Positions 29,582 to 38,168 of a stretch of 64,000 nt of DNA are shown piece after piece. The DNA lies in assembly GCA_903857795.1 (NCBI GenBank), contig CAIOGM010000122.1:846-64845 (forward strand). Direction: 5' to 3'. The DNA comes from an uncultured Geobacter sp. GTDB taxonomy: Bacteria; Desulfobacterota; Desulfuromonadia; Geobacterales; CAIOGM01. Position 1 is the stretch's first letter; each line of letters starts with the position of its first letter. The notes under the pieces were generated by a model. That model was not told where the DNA came from. It worked only from the letters and a program-made list of their open reading frames with translations, and did no database searches. A program made the position numbers and the translations under genes.

Positions 29582-30070
29582 CGGACGCACCGCAAAAAAA
29601 TCAGCGTTATCCGGTTTGGTAATGCCTGGGGTTATAAGTCCCCCCGCCCCTTGCGGGAGGGGGTTAGGGGGCGGGGGAAGCCGCGAGGAAAGTACGTTTT
29701 CGCCATTCATAAACAGTGACATTATAAGTATTTTCAAAAAAATCCGCTCTGTACGATTAGCCTAAGCAGCCATTTGCAGAACTACAATCAACCATTTATC
29801 AGCTAATTACGCTGTTAACCCATCCCCACCCTAACCCTCCCCTTGAAAGGGAGGGGATTTATTGGCTCCTCCCCCTTCAAGGGGGAGGTTGGGAGGGGGA
29901 TGGGGCTACGGTAGTGCTGAACTGAAATCTAATCATACAGTGCAAAAAAATTTGAAGTTTTCTTGAATAGCAATGCCTGCAAGTGACTTCCCCCACCCCC
30001 CAGCCCCCTCCCGCGAGGGGAGGGGGAGCTTGATGCAAGAATCCAAGGCGCCGGACGCACCGCAAAAAAA
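29582..30070. repeat. Nested G/C-tract palindromic repeats bounded by a 19-bp direct repeat
   Basis: CGGACGCACCGCAAAAAAA at 29582 and 30052; inverted pairs 29639-29680/29987-30027 and 29819-29857/29866-29905. Confidence 0.75.
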
Positions 30071-30091
30071 ACCCCAGTCATGGACTGGGGT
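30064..30091 (-). terminator. Intrinsic terminator after the second flagellin
   Basis: ACCCCAGTC/GACTGGGGT stem followed by a T-run on the minus strand. Confidence 0.8.
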
Positions 30092-30161
30092 CATTTCATT
30101 TAACAGCTTGTTTTCGGGAGAGCGACTTCAAGCGTCAGTACTCCCGGGTATCAGCTTAAAA

Positions 30162-31073
30162 TTACCTCAGGAGAGAGAGGGCCGCCTGGGGAGTCTGGTT
30201 CGCCTGGGACAGGATGGCGGTGCCGGCCTGAGTCAGGATGTTGTTCCGGGTCATGTTTGCCGTCTCGGAAGCCACATCGACGTCTCTGATGCGGGATTCG
30301 GCGGCGCTGGTGTTCTCGACGGCCACCGCCAGGTTGTTGATGGTGGACTGGAGCCGGTTCTGCGTGGCGCCCAGGTTGGAACGCTGGCTGGAGATACTCT
30401 GAATGGCATTATCGATGGCATTCAGTGCGCTCTGAGCGCCGCCCTGAGTACTGACCTGAACAACACCTCCGCCGGTACTGGCAAAATTGACGCCGATGGC
30501 CTTGGAATCTGCAGACGCAACATCCAGCGTAATCCGGTCCAACGCATTACCTGAAGTACTTGTGGTTGTATTGGTATCATTCCGCGGGCCGATATGGAAG
30601 ACCATCGTCCCGGCCCCCGGAGTCGTGGTCACGGAGCCGTCACCGGACATTGTTCCGTCCAGCAGTTTTTTACCGTTGAACTCGGTGGAACCGGCGATCC
30701 GGTCGATTTCACTGGTCAGCTTGTTGAATTCACTCTGGATATAGCCCCGCTCGGTGCTCCCCACGGTGCCGGTGGCGGACTGCTCGGCCAGTTCCCGCAT
30801 CCTGACGAGGATGGAACTGGTTTCATTGAGCGCCCCTTCAGCCGTCTGGATGAGGGAAACGCCGTCGTTGGCGTTACGCGTCGCCTGATTCATACTGCGA
30901 ATCTGGCCCCGCATGTTCTCCGAAATGGAGAGACCGGCGGCGTCATCGGCCGCGGTGTTGATGCGGTAGCCCGATGAGAGGCGCTGCATGGATTTCGCGA
31001 GTTGGCCCTGCGATACGCTCAAGTTTCTCTGGGCGTTGATCGAAGCCGTGTTGGTCTGAATTGACATTGCCAT
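30162..31073 (-). CDS. fliC: Flagellin (downstream copy)
   Basis: RLSSGYRINTAADDAAGL, QTAEGAL, RSNLGATQNRL, SRIRDVD, QANQTPQAALSLL. Confidence 0.97.
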   Translation of the reverse strand: MAMSIQTNTASINAQRNLSVSQGQLAKSMQRLSSGYRINTAADDAAGLSISENMRGQIRSMNQATRNANDGVSLIQTAEGALNETSSILVRMRELAEQSATGTVGSTERGYIQSEFNKLTSEIDRIAGSTEFNGKKLLDGTMSGDGSVTTTPGAGTMVFHIGPRNDTNTTTSTSGNALDRITLDVASADSKAIGVNFASTGGGVVQVSTQGGAQSALNAIDNAIQSISSQRSNLGATQNRLQSTINNLAVAVENTSAAESRIRDVDVASETANMTRNNILTQAGTAILSQANQTPQAALSLLR

Positions 31074-31136
31074 GATATTCCTCCTTGAGTGGTCGGCGAT
31101 AGCACGCGAGTTACAATGTGCGAGCGATCACCTGGT

Positions 31137-31151
31137 GGGCTTTCCATGCCC
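31137..31151 (-). promoter_or_regulatory. Putative CsrA-binding GGA hairpin in the leader of the downstream flagellin
   Basis: GGGC-ATGGAAA-GCCC on the mRNA strand. Confidence 0.5.
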
Positions 31152-31412
31152 GTGTAGGGGTATCTTTATTTAGACCCTCAACCCCCTATCGGGTCCTTCG
31201 TCACAACGTATGTACCATTTCACCTCCCTTTCTCATGACAGCCGTAGCGCCGTCGGGTAATTATTCCTTGAGATTACAGCTAATTGCACCACACTGATCC
31301 GGTAGGCAGATACAGGTACAGGGGGACTCACCGGGCCACTAGGCCATGCAAGTCCCCCTTTCGTCCCGGCGTGAAGGGTGTACGTAGCTGCGATTAAGAT
31401 TTCAAAGAGCCG

Positions 31413-32327
31413 TTACTTCAGGAGCGAAAGCGCCGCCTGGGGTGTCTGGTTGGCCTGGGACAGGATGGCGGTGCCGGCCTGGGTCAGGATATTGTTCCGG
31501 GTCATGGTGGCGGTCTCCGAAGCCACATCAACGTCTCTGATGCGGGATTCGGCGGAACTGGTGTTCTCAATGGCCACCGCCAGGTTGTTGATGGTGGACT
31601 GGAGCCGGTTCTGGGTGGCGCCCAGGTTGGAACGCTGGCTGGAGATACTCGCGATGGCGCTATCGATAGAATTCAGTGCGCTCTGAGCGCCTGCCTGAGT
31701 ACTGACCTGAACAGAAGTTGTGCTGCCGAAATTAACACCGATGGCCGTAGAACTTGCAGCCGAAACGTCCAGCGTAACCCGGTCCAACGCATTGCCGGCG
31801 GTACTGTTATTGGTATTGCCGATACTGGTATCATTTCTCGGGCCGATATGGAAGACCATCGTCCCATTTCCCGGAGTCGTAGTCACGGTGCCGTCGCCGC
31901 ACATGGTTCCGTCGAGCAGTTTCCTGCCGTTGAACTCGGTGGATCCGGCGATCCGGTCGATCTCACTGGTCAGCTTGTTGAATTCACTCTGGATGTAGCC
32001 ACGCTCGGTGCTCCCCACGGTGCCAGTGGCTGACTGCTCGGCCAGTTCCCTCATCCTGACGAGGATGGAGCTGGTTTCGTTGAGCGCCCCTTCTGCGGTC
32101 TGGATCAGGGAGACGCCGTCGTTGGCGTTGCGCGTCGCCTGGTTCATGCTCCGGATCTGTCCCCGCATATTTTCGGAGATAGCCAAGCCAGCAGAGTCAT
32201 CGGCCGCGGTGTTGATCCGGAAACCCGACGAGAGGCGCTGCATGGACTTGCTGAGAGCCAACTGCGAGGTTGAGAGGTTGCGCTGGGCGTTGAGGGACGA
32301 GACGTTGGTCTGAATTGACATGGACAT
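31413..32327 (-). CDS. fliC: Flagellin (upstream copy)
   Basis: Same conserved terminal motifs; highly similar to 30162-31073. Confidence 0.97.
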   Translation of the reverse strand: MSMSIQTNVSSLNAQRNLSTSQLALSKSMQRLSSGFRINTAADDSAGLAISENMRGQIRSMNQATRNANDGVSLIQTAEGALNETSSILVRMRELAEQSATGTVGSTERGYIQSEFNKLTSEIDRIAGSTEFNGRKLLDGTMCGDGTVTTTPGNGTMVFHIGPRNDTSIGNTNNSTAGNALDRVTLDVSAASSTAIGVNFGSTTSVQVSTQAGAQSALNSIDSAIASISSQRSNLGATQNRLQSTINNLAVAIENTSSAESRIRDVDVASETATMTRNNILTQAGTAILSQANQTPQAALSLLK

Positions 32328-32353
32328 GGTGTAATCCTCCGTGATTAGTTAGC

Positions 32354-32367
32354 GGGTATCCTTACCC
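32354..32367 (-). promoter_or_regulatory. Putative CsrA-binding hairpin in the flagellin leader
   Basis: GGGTA-AGGA-TACCC on the mRNA strand, plus further GGA at the RBS. Confidence 0.6.
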
Positions 32368-32483
32368 TATTTGTTTCTGTTCCTGACTCTCACACTCACC
32401 TGCAAAGCTGCTGTTAGTACAATCCTCCTTTCGTTCTGATTACCCGTGTGGGAATTTTCTTTTTTCCTCAGCCTTTATAAAAG

Positions 32484-32510
32484 TTATCGTCTCCCCAGGT
32501 GAAAACTTTA
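32484..32510 (-). promoter_or_regulatory. Sigma28 promoter for flagellin
   Basis: TAAA-N15-GACGATAA. Confidence 0.8.
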
Positions 32511-32544
32511 GCCGATCTCTAAAAAAATCCCCGACAAATCATCT

Positions 32545-32559
32545 TGGCAAAGAGTATGC
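32545..32559 (+). promoter_or_regulatory. Putative sigma54 promoter for the corrinoid/kinase module
   Basis: TGGCAAAGAGTATGC (GG-N10-GC). Confidence 0.55.
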
Positions 32560-32639
32560 ATCAAATTTTCTATCCTCATGAACTGTCAAACCGGAGTATA
32601 GTGGGGCCGGACAGAGGTCGCCCCCTTTCAAGGAGCATC

Positions 32640-33287
32640 ATGGACACCCGGGAACCGCTGCACCAGGAGTTGGAGACGGCCCTGTTGAGCCTCAACAAGG
32701 TTGCAACCCGCCGCATATTCAAGGAGTCTGGGCTCTCCCCCATCCGCTTCGCGGAAGAGCTCTTCATGCCGGTTCTGGATCGGATCGGCGCCAAGTGGGA
32801 GCGGGGCGACTGCGCCCTGTCACAGATTTATGTGAGCGGGCGGATCTGCGAATCGCTGCTCAACGAACTCCTCCCCACCGCCCCGGCGGAGCAGAGCATG
32901 AATCCCCCCATGGCGGTGGCGACCCTCGAGGATTCCCACCTGCTGGGCAAGCGGCTCCTCTCTTCCGTACTCAGATCGAGTGGATACCATTTCCACGATT
33001 ACGGACAGCAGAATCTGGAGAATCTGGTCAGTAAGGTACAGTTCGACGGGATACGGATCCTGCTCGTCTCCACCCTCATGCTCTCCTCGGCCCTCCGGGT
33101 GAAGGAGCTGCGGCGACGGCTGGACAAACAGGGGCTCCAGGTAAAGATCGTGGTGGGGGGCGCCCCCTTCAGATTCGACCAGGCGCTCTGGCGGGAGGTC
33201 GGGGCCGACGCCACGAGCCCCACCGCCACCGGCGCTCTCGCCATCGTCCGGCGCCTGGCAGACGAGGTGCGACATGAAAACCAGTAA
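32640..33287 (+). CDS. Corrinoid (cobalamin-binding) protein, MtaC/MetH-cap type
   Basis: Helical cap with IGAKWE.G, DxHxxG motif EDSHLLGK, VSTLM, IVVGGAP; RBS AAGGAG before ATG 32640. Confidence 0.85.
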   Translation: MDTREPLHQELETALLSLNKVATRRIFKESGLSPIRFAEELFMPVLDRIGAKWERGDCALSQIYVSGRICESLLNELLPTAPAEQSMNPPMAVATLEDSHLLGKRLLSSVLRSSGYHFHDYGQQNLENLVSKVQFDGIRILLVSTLMLSSALRVKELRRRLDKQGLQVKIVVGGAPFRFDQALWREVGADATSPTATGALAIVRRLADEVRHENQ

Positions 33288-34323
33288 TTCCATGGAGAGG
33301 GTGCTCACCACCCTGAGCCATCAGGAACCGGATCGGGTCCCCTTCTTCCTCCTGGCGACTCTCCACGGCGCCCGGGAGCTGGGAGTCGGCATCAGAGAGT
33401 ACTTTTCCCGGGCAGAGCAGGTCGTCGCCGGCCAGCTGCGGCTGCGGGCCAGGTACCGCCATGACTGTCTCTCCGGTTTCTTCTTCGGCCCCCTGGAGAT
33501 CGAGGCGTGGGGGGGGGAGGTACTCTATTACGATGACGGCCCCCCAAACTCCGGGGAGCCGCCTCTCAGAGAGCTGGAGCAGATCAGCAGCCTCAAGCCC
33601 CCCCGGATCGCCGAGGCCCGCTGCCTGCACCGGAGCCTGGAAGCCATCCGGCTGCTGAAACAGCAGTCAGGGGGCGAGGTCCCGATCCTGGGGGTAGCCA
33701 TCTCCCCTTTCTCCCTGCCGGTGATGCAGCTGGGGTTTGATCGCTATTTCGACCTGATCCATGAGCGGCCGGAGCTGTTTCAACGGCTCATGGCCATCAA
33801 CGAAGAGTTCTGCGTGGAGTGGGCCAATGCCCAGCTGGACGCCGGCGCCACCGCCATCTGCTATTTCGACCCGGTGGCCTCCCCCACCATCCTCCCCCCC
33901 GAACTCTATGAGGCCACAGGCTTCCAGGTGGCGAGAAGGACCCTGGCCCGGATCAAGGGGCCCACTGCGACCCATCTGGCGTCGGGGCGCTGCCTCGGGA
34001 TCATGGAGCTCCTGGCCCGGAGCGGCACCGTCGCCATCGGGGTCAGCGCCCAGGAGAATCTGGCGGAGGTCAAGGCCGCCGCTGCCGGCCGCGTATCGCT
34101 CATCGGCAACCTGAACGGCATCGAGATGCGGCGCTGGAGCGAGGCAGAGGCGCGGGAGAAGGTCCGGGAGGCCATCACCAGGGGGGGCGCCGGCGGCGGC
34201 TTCATCCTGGCGGACAACCATGGCGAGATCCCCTGGCAGGTCTCCGATGAGCTGCTCATGACCATCTCCGACGCGGTCCTGACCTTCGGGCAGTACCCGC
34301 TCTCCCCGGGAGTTTCGGAGTGA
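33274..34323 (+). CDS. UroD/MtaA-CmuA family TIM-barrel protein (methylcobamide methyltransferase-like)
   Basis: MERVL...EPDRVP, ISPFS, AQLDAGA...DPVAS, LIGNL, GGGFIL...GEIP. Confidence 0.8.
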   Translation: MKTSNSMERVLTTLSHQEPDRVPFFLLATLHGARELGVGIREYFSRAEQVVAGQLRLRARYRHDCLSGFFFGPLEIEAWGGEVLYYDDGPPNSGEPPLRELEQISSLKPPRIAEARCLHRSLEAIRLLKQQSGGEVPILGVAISPFSLPVMQLGFDRYFDLIHERPELFQRLMAINEEFCVEWANAQLDAGATAICYFDPVASPTILPPELYEATGFQVARRTLARIKGPTATHLASGRCLGIMELLARSGTVAIGVSAQENLAEVKAAAAGRVSLIGNLNGIEMRRWSEAEAREKVREAITRGGAGGGFILADNHGEIPWQVSDELLMTISDAVLTFGQYPLSPGVSE

Positions 34324-36233
34324 AGAGGGATCGCCTCTGCATTCTGGTCTGCGAACTGTTCGCCCCCGAGATACACGGAGTGGCCGCGTCCGGCGCCTCA
34401 CCTTACGTTGATTTTGCCACCTTTGCGGGGCGTTGCGGCCGGCCGCCGCTCTCGCTTGTGGACCTTCAGGCGGCGCTCCCCGATTTCCCCGACTACGGAA
34501 GGGTGCTCCTCTTCGGCGGTTGCTGCCTCTCCCGGCTGGAGAGCGCTCCGGAACTGCTCACTATCTGCCGGTTCAGCCGGTTGGATTCCTGTTTCTGCCT
34601 GGTGGCGGACAGATCAACCGTACATCAGTACCAGCGAGGAGGGGGATATCTGGTCACCCCCGGCTGGCTGCAGTCGTGGCGACGCCATCTGGATACGCTC
34701 GGTTTTGCCGGAGATCGGGAGACGGCGATGGAATTCTTCGCCGAATCGGCCAGGTCCATAATCCTCCTGGAGACCGGCGCCACCCCTGACGCCGCAGAGC
34801 TCCTTGCCTCCTTTGCCGGGTATATAGGACTCCCTGCCATCACTATCCCGGTGGGGCTCGACCTGCTCAGGCTGCGGATTGAGCTGGCGACCAGCCAGTG
34901 GCAGGCGGACTCCTGCCGGAATTCCCATGAACTGCTCCAGCGGATCTGTGCCGACTACATCATGGCCCTGGACCTCCTGGATCTCATCGCCCAGTCCAAT
35001 GAAGAGTCGGAGATCGTCGGAAAGGTTCTGACGCTGTTTCAGACCCTCTTCGCCGCCACCGGGGTCGCCTTCGTCTCATTCAACGACGGCCTCCCGGACA
35101 AGGTGATCCTCCAGGGGTATTTCGAGGAGGGTGTTCAGGCCGAACTCCTCTACGAGGCGGCGGCCCTGAGGAGCGAATCGGCACTCCCCGACGACGATGG
35201 AGGACGGTTTCTCCTGCAGGTGAACAATCGCGGGCAGACTCTCGGCGTCATCGTGGTTGACGGCCTCGCCCTCCCCCGCTATCGGGAACAGTACCTGAGT
35301 CTGGCCTTGACCACCGCCGAACTTTCCGGCATCATCCTGAAAAATGCCCGGGTTTTCAACGAATTGAATGCGGTGACGCGGGAGCTGGCCGGTCAGCGCG
35401 ATGAACTTCACAAGGCCTACGCCGACCTGAGAGACGCCAAGGCCGTGGCGTTTCAGCAGGAGAAGCTCGCCGCCATCGGCCAGTTGGCGGCCGGCGTGGC
35501 CCACGAGATCAACAACCCCCTGGGGTTCATCGTCAGCAACCTGGGGACGCTGGGGAAATACCTCAACCGGATCATCGAGTTCATCGAGGTTCAGGCCGAT
35601 TGCCTTGCGGAAAGCGGCCTCCCCTCTCTCCGCAAGCGCGCCGGGGAGTCGGCCACCCGCCTGAAGATTGAGTTTATTCTTCGGGACTCCCCACAGCTGA
35701 TCTCGGAATCAGCCACAGGCGCCGAGCGGGTCCAGAAGATCATCCACAATCTGAAGATTTTTTCCCGGGTCGATGACTCCGCTTTCGCCTCCGTCGACCT
35801 TAACGACTGTCTGGAGAGCGCCATCAGCATCGCACAGAGCGAGTTGGCCCCGGTGGCGCAGATCAGGCGGCGCTACGGGATCATCCCGCGTCTCCGCTGT
35901 TATCCGCAGCAACTGAGCCTGCTGTTTATGAATCTTCTTTTCAACGCCGCCCATGCTCTCACCGGCAGAGGGAGCATCACGGTCACCACCTGGCTGGAGG
36001 GAGAGACGATCTGCGCGGCCATCAGTGATACCGGCTGCGGGATTCCCGAGGCGCACCTCTCCCGCATCTTCGAGCCGTTCTTCACGACCCGGGAGGTGGG
36101 AATGGGGACCGGTCTCGGGCTCTCCCTCTCCTACGACATCGTCAAACGGCACAGTGGAGAGCTTACGGTGGAGAGCAGAGTGGGAGAAGGGTCGACCTTC
36201 ACGGTACGGCTCCCCGTTGTCGGTCTCCCGTAG
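34320..36233 (+). CDS. Sensor histidine kinase with Cys-rich DUF1638-like N-terminal domain and GAF-like region
   Basis: N-terminal [21 protein letters not shown]; [39 protein letters not shown]. Confidence 0.85.
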   Translation: MKRDRLCILVCELFAPEIHGVAASGASPYVDFATFAGRCGRPPLSLVDLQAALPDFPDYGRVLLFGGCCLSRLESAPELLTICRFSRLDSCFCLVADRSTVHQYQRGGGYLVTPGWLQSWRRHLDTLGFAGDRETAMEFFAESARSIILLETGATPDAAELLASFAGYIGLPAITIPVGLDLLRLRIELATSQWQADSCRNSHELLQRICADYIMALDLLDLIAQSNEESEIVGKVLTLFQTLFAATGVAFVSFNDGLPDKVILQGYFEEGVQAELLYEAAALRSESALPDDDGGRFLLQVNNRGQTLGVIVVDGLALPRYREQYLSLALTTAELSGIILKNARVFNELNAVTRELAGQRDELHKAYADLRDAKAVAFQQEKLAAIGQLAAGVAHEINNPLGFIVSNLGTLGKYLNRIIEFIEVQADCLAESGLPSLRKRAGESATRLKIEFILRDSPQLISESATGAERVQKIIHNLKIFSRVDDSAFASVDLNDCLESAISIAQSELAPVAQIRRRYGIIPRLRCYPQQLSLLFMNLLFNAAHALTGRGSITVTTWLEGETICAAISDTGCGIPEAHLSRIFEPFFTTREVGMGTGLGLSLSYDIVKRHSGELTVESRVGEGSTFTVRLPVVGLP

Positions 36234-36281
36234 CTCCTCCTGCTTCAACTCCGCAATCAGAAAGCCATTCAAAATCAGCGC

Positions 36282-36394
36282 ACCGGATGACACGGATCTT
36301 GACGGATAAATGCGGATCAATCTATTATTGGTTCAACCTCAAAGTCTGTTTTGGCTTGATCCGCCTTGATCCGTGTCGTCCGTGTCATCCGTGT
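36282..36394. repeat. Inverted pair of 9-nt-period repeat tracts
   Basis: CGGATGACACGGATCTTGACGGATAAATGCGGATC ... GATCCGCCTTGATCCGTGTCGTCCGTGTCATCCGTG. Confidence 0.75.
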
Positions 36395-36449
36395 GAAACG
36401 GTTTTTTCGAAATTATTACTCGGATTGTAACTATTCAAGAGGAGCAGAT

Positions 36450-38168
36450 ATGGGGACTGGAGAAGAAACCACGGGGACGCAGGAACAGGGGCACGAAGAG
36501 CTGCTCCTGAAGCTCCGCATCCGGCTCATGGAGTATGCCGTCGGCCACACCCTGGACGAACTGCTGCAGTACACCCTGGATGAGGTCTGCGCCTTCACCA
36601 ACAGCCCCGTCGGCTTCTATCATTTTGTCGATCCGGATCAGGAGTCCCTCACGCTCCAGGCATGGTCCACGAGAACCCTCAGGGAGTTTTGCACTGCGGA
36701 GGAGCATAGCCGCCACTATCCCGTCAAGGAGGCCGGTGTCTGGTGCGACTGCCTCCATGCGCGAAAACCGGTGATCCATAACGATGTCGCCGCGCTCCCC
36801 CATCGCAAGGGGCTCCCCACGGGGCACGCCGTAATCATCAGGGAACTGGTGGCGCCGGTGCTGCGCAACGAACTGCCGGTGGCGCTCTTGGGGGTCGGCA
36901 ACAAGCCTGAACCGTACACCGACGACGACGTGCGGGAAGTCTCCTTCCTGGCGGATGTCGCCTGGACCATTACCGAACAGAAGCGGACCCAGGTGGCCCT
37001 GCAGGAAAGCGAAGCGCTGTTACGACTCTTCCAGGAGCACAGCCCGGTCTACACCTACATCAAGGATGAACAGCTCAAGATCGTGGACGCCAGCCGAAAC
37101 TTTGAGCAGATGCTCGGCAGACCGCTGGATCAGATCATCGGCAGAAAAACGGAAGAGCTCTTCCCGCCGGAGTTCGCCCAAAAGATCATTCAAGACGATC
37201 GCGCCGTGCTGGCCGGCGGCGCCGCGGCCGAGTTCGAGGAGGAGTTCGGCGGGAGGAGCTACCGAAGCATCAAGTTCCCCCTCAAACGGGGCGACCGGAA
37301 CTATCTGGCCGGCCATACCATGGATATCACCGAATACAGAACGGCAGCGCGGGAGCTGAGCATCCTGCGGCAGCAGATGCTCCGGCAGGACAAGATGGCC
37401 TCCATCGGCCTCCTTGCCTCGGGAATCGCCCATGAGATCAACAACCCCGTGGGATTCATCTCCAGCAACCTCATGACCCTCGGGAAATATTTTGACCGGC
37501 TGGAATCCTATATGGAAACGCTGGAGGAGGAGCTCGGGGAAGAGGGGGACCACCAGGAGAAGCTGGAAAGAATCACCGCTCGCAAGGAAGCTCTCAAGAT
37601 CACTCGCATCCGGCAAGACCTGCCGCAACTGATCGGCGAATCCTCGGAGGGAACCGAGCGGGTAAAAATGATCGTCCAAGAGCTCAAGCTCTTTTCCCGC
37701 AGTGATGAAAACAGGGCGCTGGAATCGACCGACCTGAACCTCTGCATCAGGAGCGCCGTCAACATCGTGACCAACGAAATCAAATATGTGGCCGACCTGA
37801 AGCTCTTCCTGGGAGATATCCCCCGGATCTGCTGCAATCCGCAGCAGATCAGCCAGGTGGTGATGAACCTTCTCGTGAACGCGGCGCAGGCGATGATCGG
37901 TCACGGGGAGATCACCGTCCGGAGCTGGAGCGACGCCGACAGGGTCTACATCAGCGTCCGGGATAGCGGGCGCGGCATCCCGGAACGGGAACTCCCCCGG
38001 ATATTCGAACCGCTCTTCACCACCAAGGAGGCCGGCAGGGGGACCGGACTGGGGCTCTCCATCTCCCTCGATATCGTCAGGAAACATGGGGGGACCATCC
38101 AGGTGGAGAGCAGTGAGGGGGAGGGGTCGCTCTTCACGATTCAGCTCCCCATGAGGAGTGCGGCATGA
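36450..38168 (+). CDS. GAF-PAS sensor histidine kinase
   Basis: GAF (AGVWCDC, IHND, GVGNK), PAS (IIGRK.EELFP), AHEINNPV, NLLVNAAQA, GTGLGL; RBS GAGGAG. Confidence 0.9.
   Translation: MGTGEETTGTQEQGHEELLLKLRIRLMEYAVGHTLDELLQYTLDEVCAFTNSPVGFYHFVDPDQESLTLQAWSTRTLREFCTAEEHSRHYPVKEAGVWCDCLHARKPVIHNDVAALPHRKGLPTGHAVIIRELVAPVLRNELPVALLGVGNKPEPYTDDDVREVSFLADVAWTITEQKRTQVALQESEALLRLFQEHSPVYTYIKDEQLKIVDASRNFEQMLGRPLDQIIGRKTEELFPPEFAQKIIQDDRAVLAGGAAAEFEEEFGGRSYRSIKFPLKRGDRNYLAGHTMDITEYRTAARELSILRQQMLRQDKMASIGLLASGIAHEINNPVGFISSNLMTLGKYFDRLESYMETLEEELGEEGDHQEKLERITARKEALKITRIRQDLPQLIGESSEGTERVKMIVQELKLFSRSDENRALESTDLNLCIRSAVNIVTNEIKYVADLKLFLGDIPRICCNPQQISQVVMNLLVNAAQAMIGHGEITVRSWSDADRVYISVRDSGRGIPERELPRIFEPLFTTKEAGRGTGLGLSISLDIVRKHGGTIQVESSEGEGSLFTIQLPMRSAA

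Noticed and set aside
29343-30065. Short ORFs in the GT2-flagellin intergenic region
   Set aside because: Pro/Gly-rich translations arise from the palindromic repeats
32511-32639. Cobalamin riboswitch before the corrinoid gene
   Set aside because: Region is too short and has no B12-box
32640-34323. hgcAB mercury methylation genes or hemE
   Set aside because: No NVWCAAGK cap helix, transmembrane region or ferredoxin; no RQAGR motif of UroD
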